A DNA stretch of 63,593 nt, counting the filler, from Nitrospinota bacterium (lineage in GTDB: Bacteria; JAUXIQ01), in the NCBI GenBank assembly GCA_030620925.1. It is 8 parts of 8 records of this genome, joined end to end, with 100 filler letters (N's around TTAATTAATTAA, not from the genome) between each part and the next. Parts side by side here need not be neighbours in the genome. Positions count along the whole stretch, not along the records: positions 28,653 to 33,744 come from JAUXIQ010000183.1; positions 33,845 to 40,333 come from JAUXIQ010000119.1; positions 40,434 to 49,687 come from JAUXIQ010000052.1; 5 more parts are not named here. One strand, given 5' to 3'. Positions 31,147 to 41,284 of the stretch are shown here, piece after piece. The notes under the pieces are model-generated. The model was not told the DNA's origin. It was given only the letters and a program-made list of their open reading frames with translations, and did not search any database. The stretch's first letter is position 1, and each line of letters begins with the position of its first letter. Position numbers and translations under genes: made by a program.

Positions 31147-31974
31147 ATGAAAAAGGGCGTCATGACTCTGGTAAGCCTTATGGTCTTAAGCCTTTTTATT
31201 ATCAGCGGTTCCTATCTTTATCCGGATGACAGTGGACTGAGTTATGCCCAGGGACGTAATATAAAACAAAGTGCAGAGACCTTTCCCCACAGTATGGAGA
31301 TGAGGTTTATGTACATCAGGCCGGGAACCTTCATGATGGGGAGCCCTTCCTCGGAAAAAGGGAGATTCGATAATGAAGGCCCTCAGCATCAGGTTAACCT
31401 AACCAGCGGTTTCTACATGGGAGTTACCGAGGTGACCCAGGGCCAATGGCGGGCGATCATGGATAACAACCCATCGCATTTTAAGAACTGCGGTGATGAT
31501 TGTCCCGTAGAGCAAGTTTCCTGGGACGATGTGCAAGAGTTCATCCGAAGGCTGAATCAGAAGGAAAGGAGCGAGAGGTATCGCCTGCCTACGGAGGCGG
31601 AGTGGGAGTATGCCGCCAGGTCTGGGACCACCACACGATACAGTTTTGGGAATGCGGAAGTCATGCTCGAAGAATATGGCTGGTATAATGGAAATTCTGG
31701 ATTTAAAACCCAAGTTGTCGCTCAGAAAATGCCCAACTCCTGGGGACTATACGACATGCACGGAAATGTATGGGAGTGGGTTCAGGATATATATAGCCCT
31801 GTTGCTTACGAGCAACATTCTCCTGACGACCCTCTATATACGGGGTCAGGCTCAGGCCCGGTTTTTCGCGGCGGCAGCTGGATCAGCCCCGGCAGTTACT
31901 GCCGGTCGGCCCATCGTTCCTACTTTTCGCAAGGCAGCCCCTACCTGGGCTTCCGCCTCGTCAAGATACCATAG
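31147..31974 (+). CDS. secreted FGE-sulfatase (SUMF1/EgtB, C-type lectin-like fold) domain protein
   Basis: N-terminal hydrophobic segment; GTFMMGS, YRLPTEAEWEYAAR, GLYDMHGNVWEW, RGGSW and GFRL. Confidence 0.92.
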   Translation: MKKGVMTLVSLMVLSLFIISGSYLYPDDSGLSYAQGRNIKQSAETFPHSMEMRFMYIRPGTFMMGSPSSEKGRFDNEGPQHQVNLTSGFYMGVTEVTQGQWRAIMDNNPSHFKNCGDDCPVEQVSWDDVQEFIRRLNQKERSERYRLPTEAEWEYAARSGTTTRYSFGNAEVMLEEYGWYNGNSGFKTQVVAQKMPNSWGLYDMHGNVWEWVQDIYSPVAYEQHSPDDPLYTGSGSGPVFRGGSWISPGSYCRSAHRSYFSQGSPYLGFRLVKIP

Positions 31975-32235
31975 TCTCACTATCAATTGAAACAATTCTA
32001 AAGCAAAGACTTTCGATGTCCGGATTTAATCTTGAGTAGTGGCCCAATTTGACCAACCACAACATAGTGGGTTTACTATGTTTCGTCGAAGTTACTTCCG
32101 CCCATCCTATTGTACGATTTTGACGTGGCAATACCCCAACTTCTCGGAGGTTCCTGCTTGAAACCCCGGCCTTTCTCACTTATAATTCACCTGACCAGAA
32201 GAAAAGTTTTTTATTCATGATGAGGAGTTTGCACG

Positions 32236-33279
32236 ATGTCGCCTGCGAAGTCGCAATCCAGCAGCCACGAGGTCGGCGATGCGGTAGAAGCCGCAGAGTT
32301 ATACTATACCAGGGGATGGACAGACGGACTGCCTGTCATACCACCGACGGAAGAAAGTATTCGGGCGATGCTCGAAGCTTCCGGGCTCGAACCTGACGAT
32401 GAAATCACCTTTATCGAGCACCGTCAGGTTTCAGTCACCGCGGGAAAGGTGGCAATCAACACGGTAATGGCTGGATGCAAACCGGAATATATGCCGGTGA
32501 TTGTTGCCGCCCTTGAGGGCATCGGCGATCCCCGCTGGAGCTATCATGGCCCTGCCACCAGCACCGGCGGGTCCGCTCTATTCATGCTGGTCAACGGCCC
32601 CATCGCCGGCGAGCTGGAAATCAACCATGGTGACAACCTTTTCGGGCCCGGCTGGCGCGCCAATTCGACCATCGGACGTGCGGTGCGTCTTGTGATGCGA
32701 AACGTCATTGGAACCATGCCGGGGCAACTGGACCGCAGCACGCTCGGCCATGGCGGTAAGTATACCTTCTGTATCGCAGAGAACGAGGAGGAAAGTCCCT
32801 GGCCCCCGGTTCACGTTGAGCGAGGATTCAGGCCCGAACAGAGTGCCGTGACCGTCCTGGCCGCTTTAGCGCCTCATCAGTTTTACAACCAGCTCAGTAA
32901 TACCGCCGAAGGGATTCTGACCACAGCCTGCGCCCACATGCGCATCTCGGCGGGTACCGCAGCGCAGCCTCAGTATATCATCGTTATTTCGGGCGAACAT
33001 ATGCAGGTTTTTGCCAAAGAGGGATGGTCTAAGGATGATATAAAACGCTTCTGTTTCGAAAATTCGCAATCCTCCGTTGCGGAATTGAAGCGCATCAACC
33101 TCCGGCCGGGAGAAATAGCCCCGGAGGATGAAACCAGCATGTTCTCGCTGGTGGCCTCCCCCGAAGATTTCATAGTCGTCGCGGCCGGCAGTCGGGCGGG
33201 GGCCTTTTCCGCTTTTATACCGGGATGGGGGGGCAAGGTCGCATCGGAGAGCGTCACCAAGGAAATTCGCCGGTCGTAA
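32236..33279 (+). CDS. uncharacterised GWTDGLP-motif protein (partner of UGSC protein)
   Basis: GWTDGLPVIPPT, AINTVMAGCKPEY, VNGPIA, RANSTIGRA and AENEEESPW; 30 bp upstream of the UGSC gene. Confidence 0.8.
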   Translation: MSPAKSQSSSHEVGDAVEAAELYYTRGWTDGLPVIPPTEESIRAMLEASGLEPDDEITFIEHRQVSVTAGKVAINTVMAGCKPEYMPVIVAALEGIGDPRWSYHGPATSTGGSALFMLVNGPIAGELEINHGDNLFGPGWRANSTIGRAVRLVMRNVIGTMPGQLDRSTLGHGGKYTFCIAENEEESPWPPVHVERGFRPEQSAVTVLAALAPHQFYNQLSNTAEGILTTACAHMRISAGTAAQPQYIIVISGEHMQVFAKEGWSKDDIKRFCFENSQSSVAELKRINLRPGEIAPEDETSMFSLVASPEDFIVVAAGSRAGAFSAFIPGWGGKVASESVTKEIRRS

Positions 33280-33309
33280 ACGACGAAACATCAAAGGAGG
33301 AAAGACATT

Positions 33310-33744
33310 TTGAAGATTTTCGACCCTACAAACCCAGCTGAAGAAAAGAGATTTGAATTTGCGCCGAGGCCGAAATCACTCAATAATCTCCGCATCGGTC
33401 TGGTGGATAACACCAAGTTCAACTCTGACAAGTTGTTGATTAAAATCGCCACCATCCTCGAAAAGGAGTACGGCGCCAAAAACCATATCATCGCCAGAAA
33501 GCACAACGCCGCTGTGCCGGCCCACGATGAGATCATCAATGAATTCGCCTCTAACTGCGATGTCGTTATTGCAGGGGTCGGAGATTGAGGCTCGTGCAGC
33601 TCGGGCAGTGTGCTCGACGGGATTCTGTTTGAAAAACAGGGCGTGCCGGCAGCCTCCATCGTGACCGACGAATTCGTAGAAACAGGAAGTGCGATGGCCA
33701 AAGCGTGGGGATTTCCCGACTATGAATTTCTCAGCATGCCCCAT
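33310..33744 (+). CDS. UGSC-motif selenoprotein, 3' truncated
   Basis: ORFs 33310..33588 and 33610.. share one frame joined by TGA at 33586-33588: VVIAGVGD-U-GSCSSGSVLDG..EKQGVPAASIVT. Confidence 0.9.
33601..33617 (+). promoter_or_regulatory. putative bacterial SECIS
   Basis: UCGGGCA-GUG-UGCUCGA hairpin starting 12 nt after UGA, with G in the apical loop. Confidence 0.6.
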
Positions 33745-33844
33745 NNNNNNNNNNNNNNNNNNNNNNNNNNNNNNNNNNNNNNNNNNNNTTAATTAATTAA
33801 NNNNNNNNNNNNNNNNNNNNNNNNNNNNNNNNNNNNNNNNNNNN
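33745..33844. other. artificial contig linker
   Basis: N-TTAATTAATTAA-N. Confidence 0.98.
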
Positions 33845-33963
33845 AAAAGGGCTATATAGCATTCGATGCCTGCGTCCAAAGCGCCTTTCGCGCCGATAAA
33901 CGGGAAAGCCGCTTTTGTGGGATCGCTGGTACCGGTTCCGCCGAAATAAAGTAGTTTACTAAT
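33845..33963 (-). CDS. DsrE/DsrF-like protein N-terminus, 3' truncated, apparent ATT start
   Basis: SKLLYFGGTGTSDPTKAAFPFIGAKGALDAGIECYIAL; AAGGAG 8 nt before ATT. Confidence 0.65.
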
Positions 33964-34242
33964 CTTAATCTCTCCTTTTTAGGGTTAATTTTTGAACGTA
34001 TGGTAGACTAAAAAGCGGTTCATAACTAATAAAGACCAATAAAATTACCCTCTTAAGGCCCAAACCCTAAGAGAATACATTAACTCACAACGACGTTTTT
34101 TTCGGGCAGGGCCTTAATGTTATTTACCCTTTCCCCTGATGCGAAGAAAAGTTATGAGTTAATAACAGTCTACTCAATATACTAGATAGGACACTGCTCC
34201 GCAAGAAATAAGGACAGAATATCTATGGAGGAAATACTGGAA

Positions 34243-34830
34243 CTAATTTTGCTTGCCTTCAATGGCGATCAGGAGAATCGCCACTGCTATCCCCAGACGT
34301 CTGTCCAGGGACTCGTTCGCGTCCGGCGTAAAGTCCAGGTATAGCTTGGGCGCGATAGGATTAAAATTCTGCTTGAATTTGAATACCTGTTGATCGTTGA
34401 CATCGCCGATAAAGCTCTGAGGAATCAGATTTGTCAGGGCACGGCGCAGCAGCGCAAGAAACAGTTTGTCCTCTTTAACCGTGCCGATTTCCCTCTCCGA
34501 GCTATCCATGATGATCCACTCGTCCTTGATGAGGGATTTCATGCCCTTTCGCTTCAGAACGCCTACCTTTTCGTTGGTCTGAGAATCCATCACGTCGTAA
34601 ACCGCCGAGAAATCTAAGATCTGCCTGGCCTTGATCAGCATAAGCTCCTGGGTCATTTCTTTGTTGGAATAGACCCGAATATCCTCTTTGAGCTTGAAGG
34701 CTTTCTGTTTTGAGAAGAAGACGAGATCACCATTTGGGCCGTAAATATCAAAAGCGGCGCCGAATATTTTAAAGACCTTCTTGCGGACGGTGTACTCTTT
34801 GTGCTGGTAGCTTTGGGCAAGTTTTCTCAT
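34243..34830 (-). CDS. LURP-one/scramblase (Tubby C-terminal-like) protein
   Basis: KQKAFKLKEDIRVY and LDRRLGIA pattern. Confidence 0.7.
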   Translation of the reverse strand: MRKLAQSYQHKEYTVRKKVFKIFGAAFDIYGPNGDLVFFSKQKAFKLKEDIRVYSNKEMTQELMLIKARQILDFSAVYDVMDSQTNEKVGVLKRKGMKSLIKDEWIIMDSSEREIGTVKEDKLFLALLRRALTNLIPQSFIGDVNDQQVFKFKQNFNPIAPKLYLDFTPDANESLDRRLGIAVAILLIAIEGKQN

Positions 34831-34943
34831 GTTCCACCCCTCCTATAAACAATTAGCAGATGCGTCCCATCGCTTCCGGGGACAAAACATTTGAGGACGC
34901 ATAGGTAGACAAATACTATGTTTATAGTTTCGAGCGGAAACAG

Positions 34944-35798
34944 CTATTTCTTTAGAAATTCGATGAGTGGCGGGTTAACCAGATCGGGCCGTTCATAGTT
35001 GACGCAGTGCCCGGCATCCTCAATTGCATGGTATTCGATATGGGGAATGGCTTCTTTGAACTTTTCGTTGTTGGCGATGGGGAGCAGCTTGTCGTGAGGC
35101 CCCCAGAATAATATCACCGGCCGATCCTGCCTGCCCACGCGCGCAAAAGTTTCCTCCATATTGTGCAGGGGCACGTTCTGGAGGGTGGATAAAAGGGCGC
35201 TGTTCAGCCCTTCGTATTGCATCTGTTTGCGAAATTCCTCCCCGAATTGGGGTAAGTTTTCCGGCTTGTAGAAGTTATTGGGGATTCGGTCTATAAGCGC
35301 CTGGTCCGTAACGGCATTCTTCAGGTCATCCTCTGAAACGGGGTCACCGGAAAGAATGGGGTTGGACGGGTCCTGGACGGGGTAACCGGCGGGAGCCATC
35401 AGGCACAGCTTCCGCACGCGATCAGGGTGGCGGTCTGTGAAAGTCCCGACGATGGGGCCTCCCATGGACAGACCGACGAGGTCTACCGGTTCATCTATGC
35501 TCAGGGCCGAAAGCAGATTCAGCAGTTGTCGGTCGTAAAGGTCCAGGTTGTACACTGCATCCGGCCTGTCGGAGTAGCCTCTGCCGTAAAGGTCGTATCG
35601 CAGCACCCTGAAGCCGGCTTCAGTGAGTGCGTCGAAGTTCGGGTCCCATACGAAGTAAGGCGAGACGAATCCGTGAACCAGAACGACCTTCTGTCCGTCC
35701 ACCGGGCCTCCCATTTCATAATGGACAACCCCATCAGCCAGTTCCACGAATTCCCCCGGGAGGGAAGAGCGCGCCTGAGCATCCAATTTCATCTTCAT
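34944..35798 (-). CDS. alpha/beta hydrolase
   Basis: VLVHG, YDLYGRGYS, GLSMGG and AGH. Confidence 0.92.
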   Translation of the reverse strand: MKMKLDAQARSSLPGEFVELADGVVHYEMGGPVDGQKVVLVHGFVSPYFVWDPNFDALTEAGFRVLRYDLYGRGYSDRPDAVYNLDLYDRQLLNLLSALSIDEPVDLVGLSMGGPIVGTFTDRHPDRVRKLCLMAPAGYPVQDPSNPILSGDPVSEDDLKNAVTDQALIDRIPNNFYKPENLPQFGEEFRKQMQYEGLNSALLSTLQNVPLHNMEETFARVGRQDRPVILFWGPHDKLLPIANNEKFKEAIPHIEYHAIEDAGHCVNYERPDLVNPPLIEFLKK

Positions 35799-35850
35799 CG
35801 GCTATACCTCTCAGAATGAATTTGTCATCAAAACAGCTATCGATCAGGGC

Positions 35851-37434
35851 TCACTTCAGCTTCAGGCCCGGCATCTCCTTTTCCCTGTCCCAGGTGCTGT
35901 CAGCCACCCCTCGCCTCTTCATCTCCGCCTTCTGAACCCGCAAAGTGCCAGTGCGAGGGATTTCTTCCACCACGTCCACGTAGCGGGGTATCATGAAATA
36001 GGCCATATTTTTTACGCAATGCTCCATGAGGTCTCTGATGTCCAGCTCCGCTCCCGCTCCGGGCTTCACCCAAATCATCACCTCATCCTCCCCCAGCTCC
36101 GAGGGAACCCCGAATGCGGCGCATTCAGCGACGTTCGGATGCTTCTCCACCACGTTCTCCACCTCAAAAGAAGAAATATTCTCGCCCCGACGCCGCATGG
36201 AATCCGTTTTGCGGTCCACGAAGAAGAGGTTGCCTTCTTGGTCGGCATAAAAGAGGTCGCCGCTGTGAAGCCATTCTCCGCGGACCTTTTCCGCCGACGC
36301 CTGGAGGTTTTTGTAGTATTCCACCCTGCGGGCATTTTCCGTTATCCTGACCATCAGCTCACCCGCCTCTCCCGGGGACACCTCCTCGCCGTCATCGTCC
36401 GTCAGCTTCCATTCCGTGCCGGGCATCGGCTTCCCCACCGAGCCCACGGGGGCGTTGCCGAAATTTATTATTATCGTTCCTCCGCCGTCCACCGCACCGT
36501 ACGCCTCCCATATCTTTACCCCGAACCGTTTCTCGAACGGTTCCCAGAGGTTGGCCGGACATGCCGCCGATATCACCAGGCGTACCGGATTATCAGTGTC
36601 ATCAGGCTTTTCGGGCTGTTTCATCAGGATGGGTATCATGGCCCCCAGGGCATTGAACTGCGTGGCCCCGTAACGCTTCACGGATTCCCAGAACCGTGAG
36701 GCGGAAAACCGCTTCTCCAAACCGAAAGGGACCCCCATACACATTGCCCAGCCCGCGGTGAGCATCAGTGCGTTGGCGTGGAAGAGGGGCAGGCTGGTAT
36801 AGAGCACATCATGGGGCTTGACCAGCATGGACGAGAGAGCCATGAACCGCTGAACGTTGGCACTTCGGTTCCTGGTCACCACCCCCTTGGGGAACCCGGT
36901 GGTCCCCGAGGTATACATCTGGTAGGTCATGACCTCCGGATCGATGGTATGCCGGGGTCTCTCTGAAGAGGCGTCAAGAAGCGAATCCAGGTCTATCGTT
37001 CCAGGAGGCATGGGGGCATCTGTGGTGCGGCGCACGAAGACCTTCCGAATGGTGCCGATATTGCCGCCCAGCTCGACGAAATTGGAGAACAGGGTATCGT
37101 CCACCACCAGGTATTTAACGTCGGAATGGGTGAGAATGAAGCTCAGCCCATCCCCCTTCAGGGCCGCGTTGACGGGCACGCTGTATAATCCGCCTCTGGG
37201 CAGGCCGTAGAAAAGATACAGGTATTCGGCGCAATTGCCCATGAGAATTGCCGCGCCTTCCCCCGGCCGGGCGCCCTGAGCTCTCAGTCCGTTGGCCGCC
37301 CTGCAGGTTCCCGCATCGAATTCCGCGAAACTGATCACTCGGTCTTCAAAAAGGATGTAGGGTTTTTCACCGGCGGTCTTTGCCTGGTGTTCGATGAGAT
37401 CGGAAAAGTATGTCAACTCCGGCTCTGAGTTCAT
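35851..37434 (-). CDS. ATP-dependent acyl-CoA ligase (CaiC-like)
   Basis: YTSGTTGFPKG, HSGD and RRRGENISS. Confidence 0.93.
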   Translation of the reverse strand: MNSEPELTYFSDLIEHQAKTAGEKPYILFEDRVISFAEFDAGTCRAANGLRAQGARPGEGAAILMGNCAEYLYLFYGLPRGGLYSVPVNAALKGDGLSFILTHSDVKYLVVDDTLFSNFVELGGNIGTIRKVFVRRTTDAPMPPGTIDLDSLLDASSERPRHTIDPEVMTYQMYTSGTTGFPKGVVTRNRSANVQRFMALSSMLVKPHDVLYTSLPLFHANALMLTAGWAMCMGVPFGLEKRFSASRFWESVKRYGATQFNALGAMIPILMKQPEKPDDTDNPVRLVISAACPANLWEPFEKRFGVKIWEAYGAVDGGGTIIINFGNAPVGSVGKPMPGTEWKLTDDDGEEVSPGEAGELMVRITENARRVEYYKNLQASAEKVRGEWLHSGDLFYADQEGNLFFVDRKTDSMRRRGENISSFEVENVVEKHPNVAECAAFGVPSELGEDEVMIWVKPGAGAELDIRDLMEHCVKNMAYFMIPRYVDVVEEIPRTGTLRVQKAEMKRRGVADSTWDREKEMPGLKLK

Positions 37435-37515
37435 CGCCGAACTACCCCCCTGCTCCGGTCAGGAAACCCGCCCGTATCATATTGCACTGAGCGAAACAAC
37501 CTATGGGTCGGTGGA

Positions 37516-38760
37516 TCAGTTCTTCAGAATGGTGATGGATACCGCCCCTTCGGAACCTCCCACGGAACCGCCGGAGTTCTGCGCCAGGCCCACCTTGGCC
37601 CCTTCGACCTGCCGCTCCCCCGCCTGGCCCGTGAGGTGCCAGTAGAGCTCCACCACCTGGCGGATACCCGTGGCTCCCACCGGATGCCCCTGGGATTCAA
37701 GCCCGCCCGAGACGTTCACCGGAACCTTACCCCCCAGGGTGGTGTTCCCGGCCTCGGCAAACGGACCCCCTTCTCCTACCGCGCACAGGCCCAGCTCCTC
37801 GACGGCGGTAAGCTCACCCATTGCCGTGGCGTCGTGAACCTCGACCACGCTGAGGTCTTCGGGGCCGATGCCCACCTTTTCGTAAGCCTTTGCAGAGGCT
37901 ATCCTCAGCGCGCTCTCCTTCCGCTTGTCCGGGTCCTCACCGCTGGCCAGAACGGTTGCCGCAACTTCAACCCCGCTTCCGGCCCCCGCTTTCCTGGCAA
38001 AATCTTCCGAACAGATAACGGCCGCCGCCGCCCCGTCGCCGATGGGAGAACACATGGGACGGGTCAGGGGCCAGGCCACCTCGGGGGCAGCAATGACTTC
38101 CTCCACGGTGAACTTGTTCTGGTATTGGGCCAGCGGGTTCATGGAGGAATGGAAGTGGTTCTTAGAGGCGATCGCCGCCAGCTGCCGCTGGGTGGTGCCG
38201 TAAGCGTCCATGTGCCGCCGGGCGGCTATGGCGTATACGTCCATGAATATTGTCCGCTTGCCCGATTTCTCCTTGCCCCCTTCGCCTTTGGCTTCCTGCG
38301 CTTTTTCGACCTCTTCCGCCTGCTTCTTGAAATTCTCCGTTATCTCGGCGAGTTTCTCCACGTCCATGGCTCCGGTGAAAGCGGCCATCGACCGGCTGCG
38401 GTCTTCGAAGTACATCTTTTCCATGCCCAGCACCAGCGCCACGTCTATTTCTCCCAGGGCCACCATGGCCCAGGCTCCGTTAAGGGCCGTTCCCGAGGAG
38501 GCGCAGGCGTTCTCCACGTTGATCACCGGGATGCCGCCGATCCCCATTGACCGCAGCACCACCTGCCCCCGGACGCACTCCTGCCCTTCCAGCACGCCCT
38601 GGGCGGCGTTTCCCACCCAGGCCCCCTGGAGCTGCTCCTTGGTTATGCCCGCATCTTTGAGAGCGCCCTCCACGGCCTCCGCGGCCAGCGACTTCATATT
38701 GCGGTCGATATGCTTCCCGAACTTGGTAACAGCGCCGCCTATCATTTTGACCTTATACAT
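37516..38760 (-). CDS. thiolase family (SCP2-type)
   Basis: VENACASSG, EVHDA and NVSGG..GHPVGATG. Confidence 0.92.
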   Translation of the reverse strand: MYKVKMIGGAVTKFGKHIDRNMKSLAAEAVEGALKDAGITKEQLQGAWVGNAAQGVLEGQECVRGQVVLRSMGIGGIPVINVENACASSGTALNGAWAMVALGEIDVALVLGMEKMYFEDRSRSMAAFTGAMDVEKLAEITENFKKQAEEVEKAQEAKGEGGKEKSGKRTIFMDVYAIAARRHMDAYGTTQRQLAAIASKNHFHSSMNPLAQYQNKFTVEEVIAAPEVAWPLTRPMCSPIGDGAAAAVICSEDFARKAGAGSGVEVAATVLASGEDPDKRKESALRIASAKAYEKVGIGPEDLSVVEVHDATAMGELTAVEELGLCAVGEGGPFAEAGNTTLGGKVPVNVSGGLESQGHPVGATGIRQVVELYWHLTGQAGERQVEGAKVGLAQNSGGSVGGSEGAVSITILKN

Positions 38761-38776
38761 TTCCGAATACTCCCTG

Positions 38777-40333
38777 CTATGATTGTTGATAGTCCTCGAA
38801 CCGGTGCACGTTTTCGCCTTCAGGGTCGAACTCCTCGCGGAGCAGGCGGTCCAGGTTCTTCTGTGAAGCGGTCTTGGGAATCTCGCCTACCACCTGGAGG
38901 TATGATGGGACGCTGTTCCGCTCCAACGACGCCATGCAGGCGCTGAAAATCCCCTTTATATCCAGCCCCGCTTCTTCAGCGGGAACCACCGCGGCCACCA
39001 GGTCGCTCTCACCGGGAGATCCCGAAGCCGCCGGTACGCCATAGACGCATACATCACCGACATTAGGATGCTCCGCTATCGCTTTCTCCACGTATTCGGG
39101 GAGGATGAAATCCCCCTGCCGCCTCAGGCCGCCGCCCCTACGGTAATCAAAATAGTACCACCCTTCCTCGTCTCTGTGCACCATGTCCCCGCTGCGCAGC
39201 CATCCGCCTCTCGTCTTGGCCTCCGAGGCTTCCTTGTTGCCGTGATATTCCACCACCGTCTCTCCGGCGGTCCTTCGGGATATAAGCTCCCCCACCTCAC
39301 CCGGCGCGCACTCGATATCGTCCTCCCTCACCACCTTCATCTCCCAGAGACTATCAATGGGTTTACCGAAGGAACCGACGGGCCCCTCTCCCGGCGGTTT
39401 ATGGGCGAAACCTCCTTCCATTGCGCCGTACCATTCATGGATTTTCACGTTGAAGCGTTTTTCGAACGATTCCCATATCGGCCTGGGCGTACCGGCGCTG
39501 AGTACCAGCCGCACCGGGTTGTCCCCGTCATCGGGCTTCTCCGACTCGGAGTAGATGCCCATCATCATGCCCCCCAGGAGTGAGAAGGCGGTGCACCCGT
39601 GGCTGCGGCAGACATCCCAGATGCGGCTCTTGGTGAACCTGCGGCTTATCACCGCGGGCACGCCGAGCATCAGGGCGGGCATCAAGGTAACCGCCTGGGC
39701 GTTGCCGTGAGTCAGGGAAAGCCCCGTGTAGAGCCGGTCTTCCAGGGTATACCCCCATATCTGCTGGGACAACACTACGTATCCCAATAGCCGGTCGCTG
39801 CGGAGAGTCACGCCCTTGGGGTCGCCGGTGGTCCCGGAGGTGTAGACTATCATGAAGTAATCGTCCACGGAGTGAGGACCGACTTCGTATCCAGCGGCTT
39901 CAGGGCCGTCCAGAAGCTCGTCCAGGCTCGGATATCCGGCGGAGACAGAGACCCCGAATTCTTGTTTATAGATAACCCCGATGGTCTTAACGTCCGGGAG
40001 TTCCGCAAGGGCCTCCTCCATGGAGGGCATGAACTCGGCGGCGAAGATAACCCCTTTTGAGCCGGAGTTATCCATCTGGTATCTGAGCTTTTCCCCTTTG
40101 GAGCGAGGGTCTATGGGAACCATGACTGCCCCCAGAACGGAGGCGGCGTACATGGCCAACACCATTTCGGGGTGGTTGCGCATCACCACCGAAAAGGTAT
40201 CACCCCGGCCTATGCCGTTCTTTTCCAAGGCCCGGGCCAGCTTGCGGCCCTTGAGTACCAGGCCGGAATAGGTGAGCGTCTCGTCCGGGTGGGGTGAGTT
40301 GTCGAAGGTCAACACCGGAAAATCCGGTTTCTC
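38777..40333 (-). CDS. ATP-dependent acyl-CoA ligase (CaiC-like), 5' truncated
   Basis: YTSGTTGDPKG and WLRSGD. Confidence 0.9.
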   Translation of the reverse strand, partial: EKPDFPVLTFDNSPHPDETLTYSGLVLKGRKLARALEKNGIGRGDTFSVVMRNHPEMVLAMYAASVLGAVMVPIDPRSKGEKLRYQMDNSGSKGVIFAAEFMPSMEEALAELPDVKTIGVIYKQEFGVSVSAGYPSLDELLDGPEAAGYEVGPHSVDDYFMIVYTSGTTGDPKGVTLRSDRLLGYVVLSQQIWGYTLEDRLYTGLSLTHGNAQAVTLMPALMLGVPAVISRRFTKSRIWDVCRSHGCTAFSLLGGMMMGIYSESEKPDDGDNPVRLVLSAGTPRPIWESFEKRFNVKIHEWYGAMEGGFAHKPPGEGPVGSFGKPIDSLWEMKVVREDDIECAPGEVGELISRRTAGETVVEYHGNKEASEAKTRGGWLRSGDMVHRDEEGWYYFDYRRGGGLRRQGDFILPEYVEKAIAEHPNVGDVCVYGVPAASGSPGESDLVAAVVPAEEAGLDIKGIFSACMASLERNSVPSYLQVVGEIPKTASQKNLDRLLREEFDPEGENVHRFEDYQQS

Positions 40334-40433
40334 NNNNNNNNNNNNNNNNNNNNNNNNNNNNNNNNNNNNNNNNNNNNTTAATTAATTAANNNNNNNNNNN
40401 NNNNNNNNNNNNNNNNNNNNNNNNNNNNNNNNN
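40334..40433. other. artificial contig linker
   Basis: N-TTAATTAATTAA-N. Confidence 0.98.
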
Positions 40434-40689
40434 GGGAGTTCAGTGCAAGCGCCCCTCAATTATGGACCTGGAAGAGAAGCTGATAGACCTCAACGTACCG
40501 ACCTTAATACTGGTAGGGGATAAAGACATGCCCTGCATCGAACCGGCGAATTTTATGAACCAGCATATACCCCGTTCCAAGCTGGTAGTATTCCCTGAAA
40601 CCGGGCACGTCGTCAATCTGGAAAGACCGGAAGATTTCAATCGGGAAATGATAAGCTTTTTGAACGATGTGAAGTCAGGCGATGTCTAA
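40434..40689 (+). CDS. alpha/beta hydrolase C-terminus, 5' truncated
   Basis: VPTLILVGDKD..TGHVVNLERPEDFN. Confidence 0.85.
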
Positions 40690-41284
40690 CTTAACATAGA
40701 AAGGAATGTTTAGTAGAAAATAGAAATCCTGTTTGAAGGAAGACAGGTGTTTCGTATTTAGCGAATCATTTGTCTTGTCAGTCTCTCTAATCCTGGTATG
40801 AATATCTACATCTTGTGGTCTGCGTTTTCCTTCCAAATGTAGCGATATCTGATATCCATTAACGCAATTTGATAGCTCAAAAGGTTTCAATATCCAGATT
40901 TTATTGAAACCAGTTTGCCTCAATTCAAAATCATCCATAAGCGGTTCTGCTATTGTATTACTTTAAGGGTTGTGGATAGTCCTGAAACCACATTTTTAGT
41001 TCCCCGGAAAAGTAGAGAGGAGATTCATCAGGGGGCATTTTACTTTTTTGTGCGCACGAGGTGGCTAAACAGAAACGACCTTAATTGTTCTGTTTAAAAG
41101 CCTTGAAAATGTTGTCGGTATACATAACCATGCAAGTAATTGTAGGTAAAAGATTTTTCGGAATGTAAATTTTCCCTTTCCATGACCTACAGCTTCTAAT
41201 ATATTTAAAGAGGATTTTACTGTTTTAAAGCTGGGAACGATGAAATTTAAATGAAGGACTGTTTTTTTTGATGAGGAAAGCTGA

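Noticed and set aside
33291-33701. 136-aa antisense ORF spanning the UGSC TGA
   Set aside because: Shadow of the plus-strand gene; its continuity fits a single coding frame opposite
40690-41280. AT-rich stretch with short ORFs
   Set aside because: No recognisable motifs; cannot support a call
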